A stretch of DNA of 64,000 nucleotides from Desulfobacterales bacterium (GCA_963674755.2 CAXXVS010000003.1:1312001-1376000), one strand, 5' to 3'; shown: positions 1 through 10,407, counted from the stretch's first letter. The notes: a model not told the origin generated them from the letters alone. Numbers and translations are program-made.

Positions 1-98
1 TGCCCCGCGAAGGCATTTTCGCCAGGGTGCTGCAAGGGGGCACGGTTCGGGTCGGCGATGCCATTGCGATCGTTGATGGGGCGTCTGACCCACAATAA
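1..98 (+). CDS. MOSC-domain protein, 3' end (partial at window edge)
   Basis: The frame starting at nt 3 reads PREGIFARVLQGGTVRVGDAI..., ending at TAA 96-98. This matches the typical MOSC C-terminal motif. Confidence 0.75.
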   Translation, partial: PREGIFARVLQGGTVRVGDAIAIVDGASDPQ

Positions 99-237
99 CG
101 CCTCCCGTTGAGGGGCTCCCGCCCTAGGTTGTCATAAATCCTATCGGTTGTTTGGCGGTTAGGCTTGATTGGAAAATTCAGATCGTAATTGACGCGCAGG
201 ATAATGAGGGGCGTTTATTCCTGTTGGAGGTTGCGGG

Positions 238-891
238 ATGTCGAAAGCAAACCCCATGGAAACACTTGCAGCAACGGTGCTCAATTCCCTTTCAGCCCAT
301 ATCGCCATCCTGGACGCCGATGGCGTCATCCTGGAAACCAATGAGGCCTGGCGCAGGTTTGCAGCGGAAAGCAGCGCTGCAACGGATACCGAACAGGGCA
401 TGGGGATGAACTACCTTTCCATCTGCGATGCCGCCCAAGGCCCGGGGTCCCGCGATGCCCAACGGGTGGCGGAGGGCATCCGGCAGGTGATCCGGGGCGA
501 TCTAGGCGAATTCCTCTATGACTATCCCTGCCACTCACCATCCGGCAAGCACTGGTACTACATGCGGGCGGTCCGTAGCGCCGGTGAGGATCCCCTGCGG
601 GTGGTGGTCAGCCATGAGGACATTACCGCCTTGAAGCTGACCGAAGAGGCGCTGCGCCGCAGCCGCCAGGCCCTGAACGAGCAGGCCCGTAGTCTCGAGG
701 AATCCAACATTGCCCTCAAGGTCTTGCTGGATCAGCGGGACAAGGACCGGGAAGCGCTGAAGCGCAAAGTGCTGTCGAACGTCAAAGGTTTGGTGATGCC
801 CTATGTTGCGAAATTGAAGGGCGCACGCCTGAACCCCCCCGAGCGTACCCTGGTCGAGATCGTGGAATCCCATCTCCTGACCATGTCTTGA
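238..891 (+). pseudogene. PAS-domain LuxR-type regulator, apparently truncated before the HTH
   Basis: GGAGG RBS. PAS-like N-terminus (LNSLSAHIAILDADG...YPCHSP) and a coiled coil LEESNIALKVLL typical of deltaproteobacterial PAS-LuxR proteins. It stops at ESHLLTMS with no HTH, followed by AT-richer DNA. Confidence 0.6.
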
Positions 892-1023
892 GGCAAGAAG
901 GGTGGGAGGATTACAGGGCTGACAAAGATCGAGAAATGTGTATTGAATCTATGTGTTAGGGGCTTAGGGATGATCCGCAATCAACAAAACCCTTGCGCTT
1001 AAAATAGGTGGATACTAGTTTTT

Positions 1024-1081
1024 AGCATCCAGCATCCAGCATCCAGCATCCAGCATCCAGCATCCAGCATCCAGCATCCAG
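1024..1081. repeat. Heptanucleotide tandem repeat (AGCATCC)x8 plus AG
   Basis: Eight perfect copies counted directly, between convergent genes. Confidence 0.97.
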
Positions 1082-1098
1082 AGAAATCCGCAAGGATC

Positions 1099-2298
1099 TC
1101 AGATGTCCAGCCGGTCAGATCGCAGGGCGTAGGCCATGGCGATGCCGATCACGAAACCCACCGCCAGATTGATGGCCAGGGTGATGCCCAGTATGGTGAG
1201 GGCCACGAAAAGATCCTTGCGGGCTTTGACGTCCATGACGGTCAAGGCCAGCTGACTGCCGGCAAACAGCAGCATGACGCCCAGAACGGCCATGGGAATG
1301 AGATAGATCACGGCCAGGGCATGAACGCCCAGAAGAACGGCCAGCAGGATGAAGACCGCCCCGATGATCAGGTTGGAGCCGGCCGTGCGGGCCCCGAAGC
1401 GGTAGTGGGCGGCCAGTCCTCCGGCCCCATGGCAGATGGGCATGCCACCCAGCACAGCGCTGGCCAGGTTGGCGAACGCCATGCTGATGGTCAGGGCCCG
1501 ATAGGTCACCCGGCGGGAAGCTTGGCCGAAGTATTCCTGTGACAGGTCGGCGTTGGCCACGACGGCATTGCCAAGGGTCATGGGCAGCTGGGGCAGGACC
1601 AGCACAAAAAGCGCCATGGCCCAGTCGGTTTGATCCGGCCAGCCGAAGGGCAGCCAGTGCGGCAGGTTCAATCCGACTTCCAGCCGGTTGAATCCGTCGT
1701 GGGTGCCGAGGATCAGGCCCACGACGGCGCCGCCCAATATCACCATCAGCCCGGCCGGAAAGCGCCGGTCGCTGACAAACCGCATGACGATCCCTCCGGC
1801 CAGGATGCCCAGGAAAATGCCGATGGGGATGCCGCCAAGGGCTTGGAGGCTGAGATGGGGTTCAGCCGTCCCGGCCATGGCCTGGAATTTGGACTGCCCC
1901 ACGATGAAGCGGGTTCCCTCCGTCATGAGCAGCACCCCGGTGGAGAGCTGCACGCCCCGGATAACGGCTTTGGGGGTGTAGCGGCCGATGACGTCGACCA
2001 GCCCCGTCACCCCGACGAGAAACAGCAGCCCGGCCATCCAAAAGCCGGAGGCGGCGATTTCCTGGGCGGACAGTCCGGTGGCGATGGCGTAGGCGCCGAT
2101 GACCTTCATGGGTTGGACCGGCACCGTAACGCCGAAATACAGGCCGGAGCCGATGTAGAACAGACCGATGGTGAGCAAAAGCCCCATGGGATCGAGGCCG
2201 TTGATCAAGATCATGCCGATCAGCATGGGGAGCAGGGTGCCCAGGTCGCCGAGGGAGCCGGCGAACTCCAGGCGGTTGAACGCAAAGCGCTGCGACAT
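1099..2298 (-). CDS. Putative molybdate/sulfate transporter (MOT1-like)
   Basis: Motifs EFAGSLGDLGTLLP, PVQPMK and PICHGAGGLAAHYRFGART; highly hydrophobic. Confidence 0.88.
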   Translation of the reverse strand: MSQRFAFNRLEFAGSLGDLGTLLPMLIGMILINGLDPMGLLLTIGLFYIGSGLYFGVTVPVQPMKVIGAYAIATGLSAQEIAASGFWMAGLLFLVGVTGLVDVIGRYTPKAVIRGVQLSTGVLLMTEGTRFIVGQSKFQAMAGTAEPHLSLQALGGIPIGIFLGILAGGIVMRFVSDRRFPAGLMVILGGAVVGLILGTHDGFNRLEVGLNLPHWLPFGWPDQTDWAMALFVLVLPQLPMTLGNAVVANADLSQEYFGQASRRVTYRALTISMAFANLASAVLGGMPICHGAGGLAAHYRFGARTAGSNLIIGAVFILLAVLLGVHALAVIYLIPMAVLGVMLLFAGSQLALTVMDVKARKDLFVALTILGITLAINLAVGFVIGIAMAYALRSDRLDI

Positions 2299-2375
2299 CG
2301 TCTACTCCTGCTGAGGGTTCACCCTATAGCGATATATGATCTATCGATCATTTCTACTGTGCTTTAGGGGGAAAA

Positions 2376-3224
2376 TCAATTGCTATGGTGGTTGTCTCCC
2401 GGAGGGGCTATCGGAAACCCATGGGCAGTCATAAAGTTCCGCATAAGAACAGCCAGTTGACGGGGACGCTCGATCGGCAACGCATGGCCGGTATCCGGTA
2501 CGACGGCCAGAGTCGCCTCAGGGAGAGCGGCAACCATGGCGGCGGCCTGGGCCGGATCGGCGATCGCGTCCTGTTCGCCGCAAGCCACCAGCACCGGGAT
2601 GGCGATTTCCCCCAACCGGCGCATGACAGACGGCCGTGCCCCTACGGCATGGAGCGCGTGCAGGAGCGCGTGTTTGGGCATGGCACGCCATCGGCGGCAC
2701 CAGGCGGCGGCGCATTCGGGGTTGGCTGCGCGGAATTGCGGGCTGAAAAAGCCTTCGGCCGCGATCCGGAGCATTCCCTTGCGGAGGCCGGTGAACCGGA
2801 TCGCGAGGGCCAGTGATTCCAGTTGGGCCTTGCGTTTCGGCGCTTCTTCTTCCGCCGAGGTGGCGATCAGCACCATGGCGCTGATGCGATGGGGTGCGAG
2901 GAGGGCCGCCTGCAAGGCGGCCATGCCGCCCAGACTATGGCCCACCAGCGCCGTCCGCTCAAGGCCAAGGCGGTCCATCACCGTCAGGATGTCGCCGGCG
3001 ATATCCTTCACGGACCAGGGACGGCGGGAATCGTCACTGCCACCATGCCCCCTGAGCGCCATCCTAACGACGCGAAAAGAAGGCGATAATTCATGGGACA
3101 AATCATCGAACATATGATGATCGCACCCCAGGCCGTGAAGACAGAGCAGCGGCTGCCCCCGACCGGATTCAATAACCCGGAGGGCGAGACCCTGCGATAT
3201 GATGCGGTATTCTTTTTGATCCAT
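2376..3224 (-). CDS. Alpha/beta hydrolase (enol-lactonase-like)
   Basis: LHGLG, LRGHGGSD, GHSLGG nucleophile elbow, GEQD and TGH motifs. Start placed at the ATG at 3224 because upstream DNA is a duplicated kinase fragment. Confidence 0.85.
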   Translation of the reverse strand: MDQKEYRIISQGLALRVIESGRGQPLLCLHGLGCDHHMFDDLSHELSPSFRVVRMALRGHGGSDDSRRPWSVKDIAGDILTVMDRLGLERTALVGHSLGGMAALQAALLAPHRISAMVLIATSAEEEAPKRKAQLESLALAIRFTGLRKGMLRIAAEGFFSPQFRAANPECAAAWCRRWRAMPKHALLHALHAVGARPSVMRRLGEIAIPVLVACGEQDAIADPAQAAAMVAALPEATLAVVPDTGHALPIERPRQLAVLMRNFMTAHGFPIAPPGDNHHSN

Positions 3225-3457
3225 CCCGACGACAGAGAAATGGTTGTGGAAAGACACCGCCAAAGACTGACTGGGGAGCGTCCGCCTTCCGACAATTCCT
3301 TCCGGATCATCGACAAGGCCGGTCCCAATTATGGGTTCAGATCAATGCGGCGCCGATCGCATGGGAGGGCCGGCCGGCGACGATCAGTCTCATCCGGGAC
3401 ATTACGGAACAGCGGCGGCTGGAAGAGCCACTGCGACAATCACAGAAAATCGAATCC
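3217..3457 (+). pseudogene. Frameshifted relic of the PAS region of the kinase at 10444-12471
   Basis: Co-linear with 11108-11349 (TGATCCATCC...ATCGAATCC), with substitutions and a 1-bp deletion near 3325-3331. Confidence 0.92.
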
Positions 3458-3531
3458 CGCAACCGCTAAACCATAGACGGCGTCCACCCCCTTCGGCCAA
3501 TAACTGTGGTTTGGAGGCCTCGTCACGATTC

Positions 3532-5985
3532 TCACCCCAGGTTTTTTGCAAGAACCCTTCGGATCGCATCTGTCAGTCGATAGGCATTAATCGGTTTTAT
3601 GATCAACTCCGATATGCCCGTGTCGCGGGCCGCCCTTTCAATGGTTTCGCTAATAAATCCGGAGGTAAGAATCACCGGAATCGATATCCCGGCTTCTCTA
3701 AGCGCCTTCGCAATCTCCAGCCCGGTGATTTGCGGCATGGCATAGTCGGTAATCACGATGTCAAAGGCGAGCGGATGTTTTTTTAGGACCCTCAGTGCCG
3801 TCACGCCATCGGTAAAAGCGGTCACGCTGTAGCCGATATTGCTCAGGATCGACTGAATCACCGTGGCGATGGCTTTTTCATCGTCGATGACGGCAATCTT
3901 TTCGGTTCCCGGCTTTAGCAAGGGCACGATTTGGGATCCTCCGGCCACCTCGACATCGCTGACGGGGAAAAAGATATCGAAACGCGTGCCCTTCCCGACA
4001 GTGCTGCGCGCCGTAATGATCCCACCGATTTTCTTGACAATGCCGTGGACGACGGAAAGCCCCAAGCCGGTGCCTTCTCCTTGCGTTTTAGTTGTAAAAA
4101 ACGGCAGAAATATTTGGTCAAGGACCTCCGGGGCGATACCCGCCCCCGTATCGGACACTCCCAACCGAAGGTGCTTGCCCTGTTTGACATCGGGATGCGT
4201 CTTGGTGAATGTTTCATCAAGGAAAACATCGTCAAGGGCCAATGTGATGGTACCGCGGCTTTCCCCGATGGCATGCACGGCATTCGTGAAGAGGTTCATG
4301 ACGACTTGATGGATCTGCGTCGGCTCGGCCAAAATAGCGGCATCGCTGGTTAGGTCCGCTTCGATATGGATCGTGGCCGGTATGGAAGCACGCAGCAGTT
4401 TCAGGGCTTCTTTTAGAACCGGCTTGACCGAGATGGGTCTGAGCTCGACTTCGGTCTGTCGGCTGAACGTCAGGATTTGGTTCACGAGCTCGCGCGCCCT
4501 TTCCGAAGCACGAATGATCTCCCGCATGTAATATTCAGTTTCCGGATCGTTGCCTTCCGCCATCAACGACAGCTCGGCATAGCCGAATATCCCGCTCAAG
4601 ATATTGTTGAAGTCATGGGCGATCCCCCCGGCCAGGGTGCCGATGGCTTCTAACTTCTGTGCCTGCTGCAACCGTTTTTCAGACATCAATTCGCTGCTGA
4701 TATCCCGCCCGATTTCAAGATAGCCGCCGATCGCCCCGCTGGCGTCCCGCAAAGGCACGAACATGACATCGAGGGTAACGGTGCCGTTGTCGTCTCTTTT
4801 GAGTTGCATCCGGCCTGACCATGGAATCCCGGATTCAAGCGCTTCCCAAATTTCTTCGGCGGAAATGTTGCCGGCCCCGCTGAGGTCGGGCTCCGTTCCA
4901 ATGAGTCTCTCCGGTTTCGACCCGGCGATTTTGCCAAACGCCGGGTTAGCAAAAACGATCCGGCGATCGACACCGATTTGCAGAATCATTTCGGTCGAAT
5001 GCTGCGTCACTTGATTCACCATCTCCATCACTTCCTGAACGGGCGTACTGATTCGGTTCGTATAGATGTTGATGGTTGCGACGATGACAAGGCAGAAAAC
5101 CGCCCCGCAGACGACAATCAAGGACAGGACTTTCGTCACCGGAGACATGACCTCATATTGGTCCTGCGAAAAAACAACCGTCCAGCCGGTGAGGGCCACA
5201 TCGGTTAATGCGACGATCTTTTCCGATCCCTTGAACCGATAGGATGTGGCGCCGGTCGCCCGGGCCGCCACTAATTTTTTGATCTCCTCCGTGCCGGGTA
5301 GATCCAGGAGACGCAATTTGAAATTATAGTCCTTGTTCGGGTGCATCAGAACGAGGCCGTCCGAATCAATGAGAAAGGTGAATCCGGTGCTTCCGACGCT
5401 TCCATGGGCAAGGTTATTGACGACAAAATCGCTGTTGAAAGGGATGCCGACGACTCCGTAAAAGGCCTCCTTTTCTCGGATGGGGGCGCAGACAACAATG
5501 ATTGCCTCATTTAGTGTGGCAATTCCTTTAGATAACAGGGGGCCTCCCACATTGGCCTGGCCCTGTTTGGCTTTGAGAAAATAATCCCGGTCCGATAGGT
5601 CGAGACCGATTTGTTGGTGGGAATGGGCATTTGCCCTGGTAATACCGTTTTGGTCCAGCAGGAAGATTGTGAAATAGTCGCTGCCGATGCCCTGGTAGAC
5701 GGACTCCAGTTCTTTTTGGGCGGCTGTGTAATCGCCGTTCCTGGAGGCCGCAATGACATCCGGATCGGCCGCTATGCTACGTGCAAGCTCGATTTTCTGT
5801 GTGAGGAGCGCCCCGATGTGATCGGCGACATCCTCGACATTATGCACCGCTCTATCCGCAGTGATCGCCACAAGGGATTCGGACAGCTGCAAATAGACGA
5901 TCAGCCCGATGCAGAAAAAGGGAATCAGGACCGCGGTGATCCCCCCCACTATCATCCGGGTTTTCAAGGTCTTGCTGTTGATCAT
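3532..5985 (-). CDS. Hybrid sensor histidine kinase (Cache, PAS, HisKA, HATPase, REC), copy A
   Basis: Two TM segments flank a Cache region (DLSDRDYF). H-box LAGGIAHDFNN, G-box GEGTGLGL, receiver VIDDE...TDYAMP...KP. Confidence 0.93.
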   Translation of the reverse strand: MINSKTLKTRMIVGGITAVLIPFFCIGLIVYLQLSESLVAITADRAVHNVEDVADHIGALLTQKIELARSIAADPDVIAASRNGDYTAAQKELESVYQGIGSDYFTIFLLDQNGITRANAHSHQQIGLDLSDRDYFLKAKQGQANVGGPLLSKGIATLNEAIIVVCAPIREKEAFYGVVGIPFNSDFVVNNLAHGSVGSTGFTFLIDSDGLVLMHPNKDYNFKLRLLDLPGTEEIKKLVAARATGATSYRFKGSEKIVALTDVALTGWTVVFSQDQYEVMSPVTKVLSLIVVCGAVFCLVIVATINIYTNRISTPVQEVMEMVNQVTQHSTEMILQIGVDRRIVFANPAFGKIAGSKPERLIGTEPDLSGAGNISAEEIWEALESGIPWSGRMQLKRDDNGTVTLDVMFVPLRDASGAIGGYLEIGRDISSELMSEKRLQQAQKLEAIGTLAGGIAHDFNNILSGIFGYAELSLMAEGNDPETEYYMREIIRASERARELVNQILTFSRQTEVELRPISVKPVLKEALKLLRASIPATIHIEADLTSDAAILAEPTQIHQVVMNLFTNAVHAIGESRGTITLALDDVFLDETFTKTHPDVKQGKHLRLGVSDTGAGIAPEVLDQIFLPFFTTKTQGEGTGLGLSVVHGIVKKIGGIITARSTVGKGTRFDIFFPVSDVEVAGGSQIVPLLKPGTEKIAVIDDEKAIATVIQSILSNIGYSVTAFTDGVTALRVLKKHPLAFDIVITDYAMPQITGLEIAKALREAGISIPVILTSGFISETIERAARDTGISELIIKPINAYRLTDAIRRVLAKNLG

Positions 5986-6054
5986 GGTTGCTCCGGGATT
6001 AAACCAGGTTATCGGCAGCGCCTAGCGCGTATTGGGTTCATATCGGTTGGGCCT

Positions 6055-6458
6055 CTATTTTACTTGACCCCCCGGTGAGCCTGCCGGACCAATGGAGCCG
6101 CCCACGACCCGGTTAGGCGCGACTGCCAGCGCCCTTCCTTCTTCCCGCAAGGCGCGGCGCAGAATTTTGCCGACGGCGGATTTCGGCTGCTCTTTGCGGA
6201 ATACGACGGTTTTGGGGGCCTTGTAGGCCGCCAGCTTCTGGCGGCAAAATTCGATGACCTTCTCTTCGGTCAGCTCGACAGCCGCACGGGGGACGACAAA
6301 GGCCTTTACGGTTTCGCCCCGGTAGGCGTCCGGCACCCCTATGGTGCAGGTATCGACGATATCCGGATGCTGAGAAAATGGTAGGCGGATACCTGGGGAT
6401 AACGGATCGTCGCGGGAACGTCGAAATCATAATGCCGCTGCCAAGGTCGAGCATTCAT
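6055..6458 (-). pseudogene. Long-chain acyl-CoA ligase with a large internal deletion
   Basis: AGGAGG RBS then MNARPWQRHYDFDVPATIRYP, joined out of frame to the C-terminal QHPDIVDTCTIGVPDAYRGETVKAFVV...PKSAVGKILRRALR. Confidence 0.88.
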
Positions 6459-6808
6459 GGGCAACCTCCTCTCTTGAAGATCCAAATGGATCGGGCGCAC
6501 AAGTTTGCGATGCGAATTGCGTGGGGAACTGATCGGCGGAGGAGATCGCACGGCACGGGGGTCCAAAAGGAAGCTTGCGCAATTGGTGCATCTAATACCT
6601 GCTGGTATGGGGGGGGATACTAACCCGATGATGTGGCCGGGCGCAAGCTTCACCATAGCCGCCAGCGATTGTCAAGATTCTCAGTCGAGGAAGGATCTTT
6701 TAATCCCCGTGACGGTAAGACCCGACAGCTATGCGGGGCATCCGGCAGGATCGGTGGATTTGGGGGCGGCCGAATGGCGAGGGATAGGGTCGGGGGGAAG
6801 CCGGTGCC

Positions 6809-6954
6809 TCAGCGCTCCTTTTGCTGTTCTTCCAGCAAGGCTTTCATCATTACCGCGTCTTCAAACGGTTCAGGCGATTCACAGATGAGGGTTGTCTGCT
6901 TGCCGTGGTGAATGAGGGCCTCCCGCAGAGGGCGGAAATGTGCGGGCTGCAGGC
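6809..6954 (-). pseudogene. Relic 3' end of the endonuclease IV-like gene at 12521-13312
   Basis: Encodes LQPAHFRPLREALIHHGKQTTLICESPEPFEDAVMMKALLE, nearly identical to the C-terminus of the intact gene. Confidence 0.92.
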
Positions 6955-7622
6955 TGCAGAAAGGTCGTGCTGAAGTGACCCTGATGATGCCGTTATCCAT
7001 GATTTGCGAGGATTCAATCAGGAATAGGATTCTCGCATACCATGCCCTTTTCCCCTTGACAACCAAAGGTCGGCCTACGTTATATGCGGATATAGACATC
7101 ACAAAGACAGGGACGTACGCACAGTCCTAAAGACTCTACCACGTTCGAACAGCCGATCTTGCCGCGGGATTTCAATTCGATCATTATAGTCCATCTGCGT
7201 GATCGAAGTCTATTGGGTAGCGTAGTCCTGACAACCCGCGGGGCCCTCCCGATGGAGTAAAGCGGACTGGAACAGCCGGCGTTTGCTCCGATACCCCCCC
7301 CCTCGGCAACCAAGCCTCGGCCGACAGCGCCGAGGGGGTCTGCGACCTCAACGACTTGGCTGTGGCTCCGATCCGATTGAAGGAAGAAGGACATATCCAC
7401 AGCGTTGTTCTTTCGGATTTCGCCCCCTATTTCGGCGACGGCCTTCATTCTGGATCACCGGTCCCCAATGCCAAAGGGGCTGGCCGGCCCCAGACCGATT
7501 CGTGGACGGCGCGGCGGTGCTCGTAGGCGCGTTGGATAATTACGAAAACCGGACGCATGACCGATATGAGGCGTACGCGTGATAGATGCCGCCGATAACC
7601 CGGTTGCAGCCCCGGAGCGACC

Positions 7623-10076
7623 ATGATCAACAGCAAAACCTTAAAAACGCGAATGTTGGTGGGAGGGATCGCTGCGGTCCTGATCCCCTTTTTCATTATC
7701 GGTCTGATCGTCTATGGGCAGCTTTCCAAATCCCTGTTGGCGTTGACCATGGAAAGAGCGGTCCACCATGTGGAGGATGCGGCTGAACGCATCGAGACCG
7801 TTCTCAAACAAAAAATCGAATTGGCCCGCAGCATTGCAGCCGATCCGGATATCATCGCGGCCTCCAGAAACGGCGCCTATGCGACAGCCCAAAAAGAGCT
7901 GGAATCCATTTATCAAGGTATCGGCAGAGATTATTTCACGATTTTCCTGCTGGACCAAAACGGTATCGCCCGGGCGGATGCCCGTTTCCCCCGGCAAATC
8001 GGTACGGATCTGTCGGATCGCGACTATTTTTTGAAGGCTAAGCAGGGCCGGGCCAATGTGGGGGGGCCTTTGCCGGCCCGGGGCAGCGCCACACCGGGCG
8101 CGTCGGTCATCATTGTCAGCGCTCCCATCCTGGATAAAGGCCGTTTTTATGGCATGGTCGGCATTCCTTTCAATAATGATTTTGTCGTCAATAGCCTTGC
8201 AAAGGGAGAATTCGGGACGACCGGTTTTACCTTTTTAATCAATGCGGAAGGGGTTGTCCTCATGCATCCGCAGGAGGCCTATAATTTTAAATTGCGCTTT
8301 TTGGACCAACCCGGCACGGAGAGCATCAAAAGGTTGGCGGAAGCCAAAACGACAGGGGCCACTTCCTATCGGATCAACAGTTTGGAAAAGATTGCCGGGC
8401 TGGCTCATGTGGCGGCTACCGGCTGGACGGTTGTTTTTTCCCAGGACCGGCAAGAAGCCATGGCACCAATGACGAAAATCCTGTCCCTCATTGTCATCTG
8501 CGCCGTGGCTTTCTGCATCGTTATCATCGTTGCCATCAATATTTATACGAACCGAATCAGCACGCCTGTCCAGGAAGTCATGGAGGTGGTGCATCAGGTC
8601 ACGCAGCATTCGGCTGAAATGATTCTGCAAATGGGCGTCGATCGCCGGATCGTTTCCACCAACCCGGCGTTTGAGGAAGTTACCGGTTTGAAAGCGGAAC
8701 GGATCATCGGCACGGAGCCCGACCTCAGCGGCGCCCTGAATGCCTCTGCCGACCAGATTTGGGAAGCGCTGGAATCCGGAATTCCATGGTCGGGTCGCCT
8801 GCGGTTTCAAAAGAACGCCGACCTCAACCTTACCCTCGATGTCATGTTCGTGCCCTTGCGGGACAGTAACGGAGCAATCGGCGGTTACCTTGAGATCGGA
8901 CGGGACATCACCGACGAGCTTATGGTTGAAAAAAGATTGCAACAGGCTCAAAAAATGGAAGCCATCGGCACCCTGGCCGGTGGCATCGCCCATGATTTCA
9001 ACAATATCTTGAGCGGAATCTTAGGGTATGCCGAGCTGGCTTTGATGGAAACTACAAACAATCCTGAGACCGAGACTTATATGCGGGAGGTCATCCGCGC
9101 CTCGGAAAGGGCGCGCGCGTTGGTCAACCAAATACTGACTTTCAGCCGGCAGACCGAGGTCAACCTCAGGCCCATTTCGGTTAAACCGATTTTAAAGGAA
9201 GCCCTGAAACTGCTGCGGGCTTCTTTGCCGGCTACGGTTGCCATCAAGGCGAACCTCACCAGTGATGCGGTCATAATGGCCGAACCGACACAGATCCATC
9301 AGATCATTATGAATCTGTTTACGAATGCTGTTCATGCCATCGCTGACAGGTGCGGAACCATCACTTTATGGGCGGAAGATTTTATGGTGGATGAAGAATT
9401 CGCCCAGACCCATCCCGGTATCAGACCGGGAAACCACCTTCGGCTGGCGGTGGCCGATACGGGCGGCGGTATCGCACCACACCTGCAGGACCAGATTTTC
9501 TTGCCGTTCTTTACCACCAAAAGCCAGGGCGAAGGCACCGGTTTAGGACTTTCGGTTGTCCATGGCATCATCAGCAAAATTGGCGGCATTATTACGGTGA
9601 GCAGCAGGGAGGGGCAGGGCACACGCTTCGATATTGTCATCCCGGTCTGCGAGTCCGGTGATGCCGGAGAGGGACCCAACACGTTTTGCTTAACGCCGGG
9701 AAACGCCAGCATTGCCGTTATTGATGATGAAGAAACCATTGCCGCCGTCATTCGCGCTATTTTGAGTAATGTCGGCTACCGCGTGACGGCTTTTACAGAT
9801 GGTATGGCAGCATTAAAGGCCCTAAGGAGCGATCCGGAAGCATTTGACGTCGTCATCACCGATTATGCCATGCCGCAAACCACCGGTCTGGAAATTGCGA
9901 AGGCTCTCAAAGAAAGCGGGATCATCATCCCGATGATTATCATTACCGGATATGTGAATGAAACGATCGAAAAAGCGGCCCGCGCCACCGGTATAGCGGA
10001 GTTGATCATAAAACCGATCAATGCTTATCAGTTGACGGATGCGATTCAGCGTGTCCTAGCCAAAGCAATCGTGTGA
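7623..10076 (+). CDS. Hybrid sensor histidine kinase (Cache, PAS, HisKA, HATPase, REC), copy B
   Basis: Same length (817 aa) and motifs as 3532-5985. Confidence 0.93.
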   Translation: MINSKTLKTRMLVGGIAAVLIPFFIIGLIVYGQLSKSLLALTMERAVHHVEDAAERIETVLKQKIELARSIAADPDIIAASRNGAYATAQKELESIYQGIGRDYFTIFLLDQNGIARADARFPRQIGTDLSDRDYFLKAKQGRANVGGPLPARGSATPGASVIIVSAPILDKGRFYGMVGIPFNNDFVVNSLAKGEFGTTGFTFLINAEGVVLMHPQEAYNFKLRFLDQPGTESIKRLAEAKTTGATSYRINSLEKIAGLAHVAATGWTVVFSQDRQEAMAPMTKILSLIVICAVAFCIVIIVAINIYTNRISTPVQEVMEVVHQVTQHSAEMILQMGVDRRIVSTNPAFEEVTGLKAERIIGTEPDLSGALNASADQIWEALESGIPWSGRLRFQKNADLNLTLDVMFVPLRDSNGAIGGYLEIGRDITDELMVEKRLQQAQKMEAIGTLAGGIAHDFNNILSGILGYAELALMETTNNPETETYMREVIRASERARALVNQILTFSRQTEVNLRPISVKPILKEALKLLRASLPATVAIKANLTSDAVIMAEPTQIHQIIMNLFTNAVHAIADRCGTITLWAEDFMVDEEFAQTHPGIRPGNHLRLAVADTGGGIAPHLQDQIFLPFFTTKSQGEGTGLGLSVVHGIISKIGGIITVSSREGQGTRFDIVIPVCESGDAGEGPNTFCLTPGNASIAVIDDEETIAAVIRAILSNVGYRVTAFTDGMAALKALRSDPEAFDVVITDYAMPQTTGLEIAKALKESGIIIPMIIITGYVNETIEKAARATGIAELIIKPINAYQLTDAIQRVLAKAIV

Positions 10077-10235
10077 TTCGCCTGAGAGGCGTTGCCGTAT
10101 GGTCTCAAGAAGATTCTTAGCTTTGAAATTATACAGATCGGGCCAAATCTATCCGAAGAGGGTCGATAAACGAAAAATGAAGCCTCAAGCATTGAGGGTT
10201 CGTCCAAACAGCCACCGCCTTTTCGGATCTTCTAA

Positions 10236-10407
10236 GACGGTTTCGTAAAAAGTCCGATATCGGCGTTACGCGTATCTTTCGTCACTGCGGCGTACGCAAA
10301 GTACACGCCCTTCGGGCCCCGCGACAGCGGTATTCCTCAAGATTCGCAAGCCTTGACCTCGAACAGTTTACGAAACCGTCTAAACAGTGACTTTTTACGA
10401 GTCCATC
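10236..10407. mobile_element. MITE-like element with terminal inverted repeats and a 6-bp target duplication
   Basis: GACGGTTTCGTAAAAAGTC / GACTTTTTACGAGTCCATC pair at 16 of 19 positions. TTCTAA flanks both sides (10230-10235, 10408-10413). Internal 14-bp perfect stem 10236-10249/10367-10380. Confidence 0.8.

Noticed and set aside
1024..1081. Repeat as a possible CRISPR array
   Set aside because: 7-bp unit with no spacers and no cas genes.
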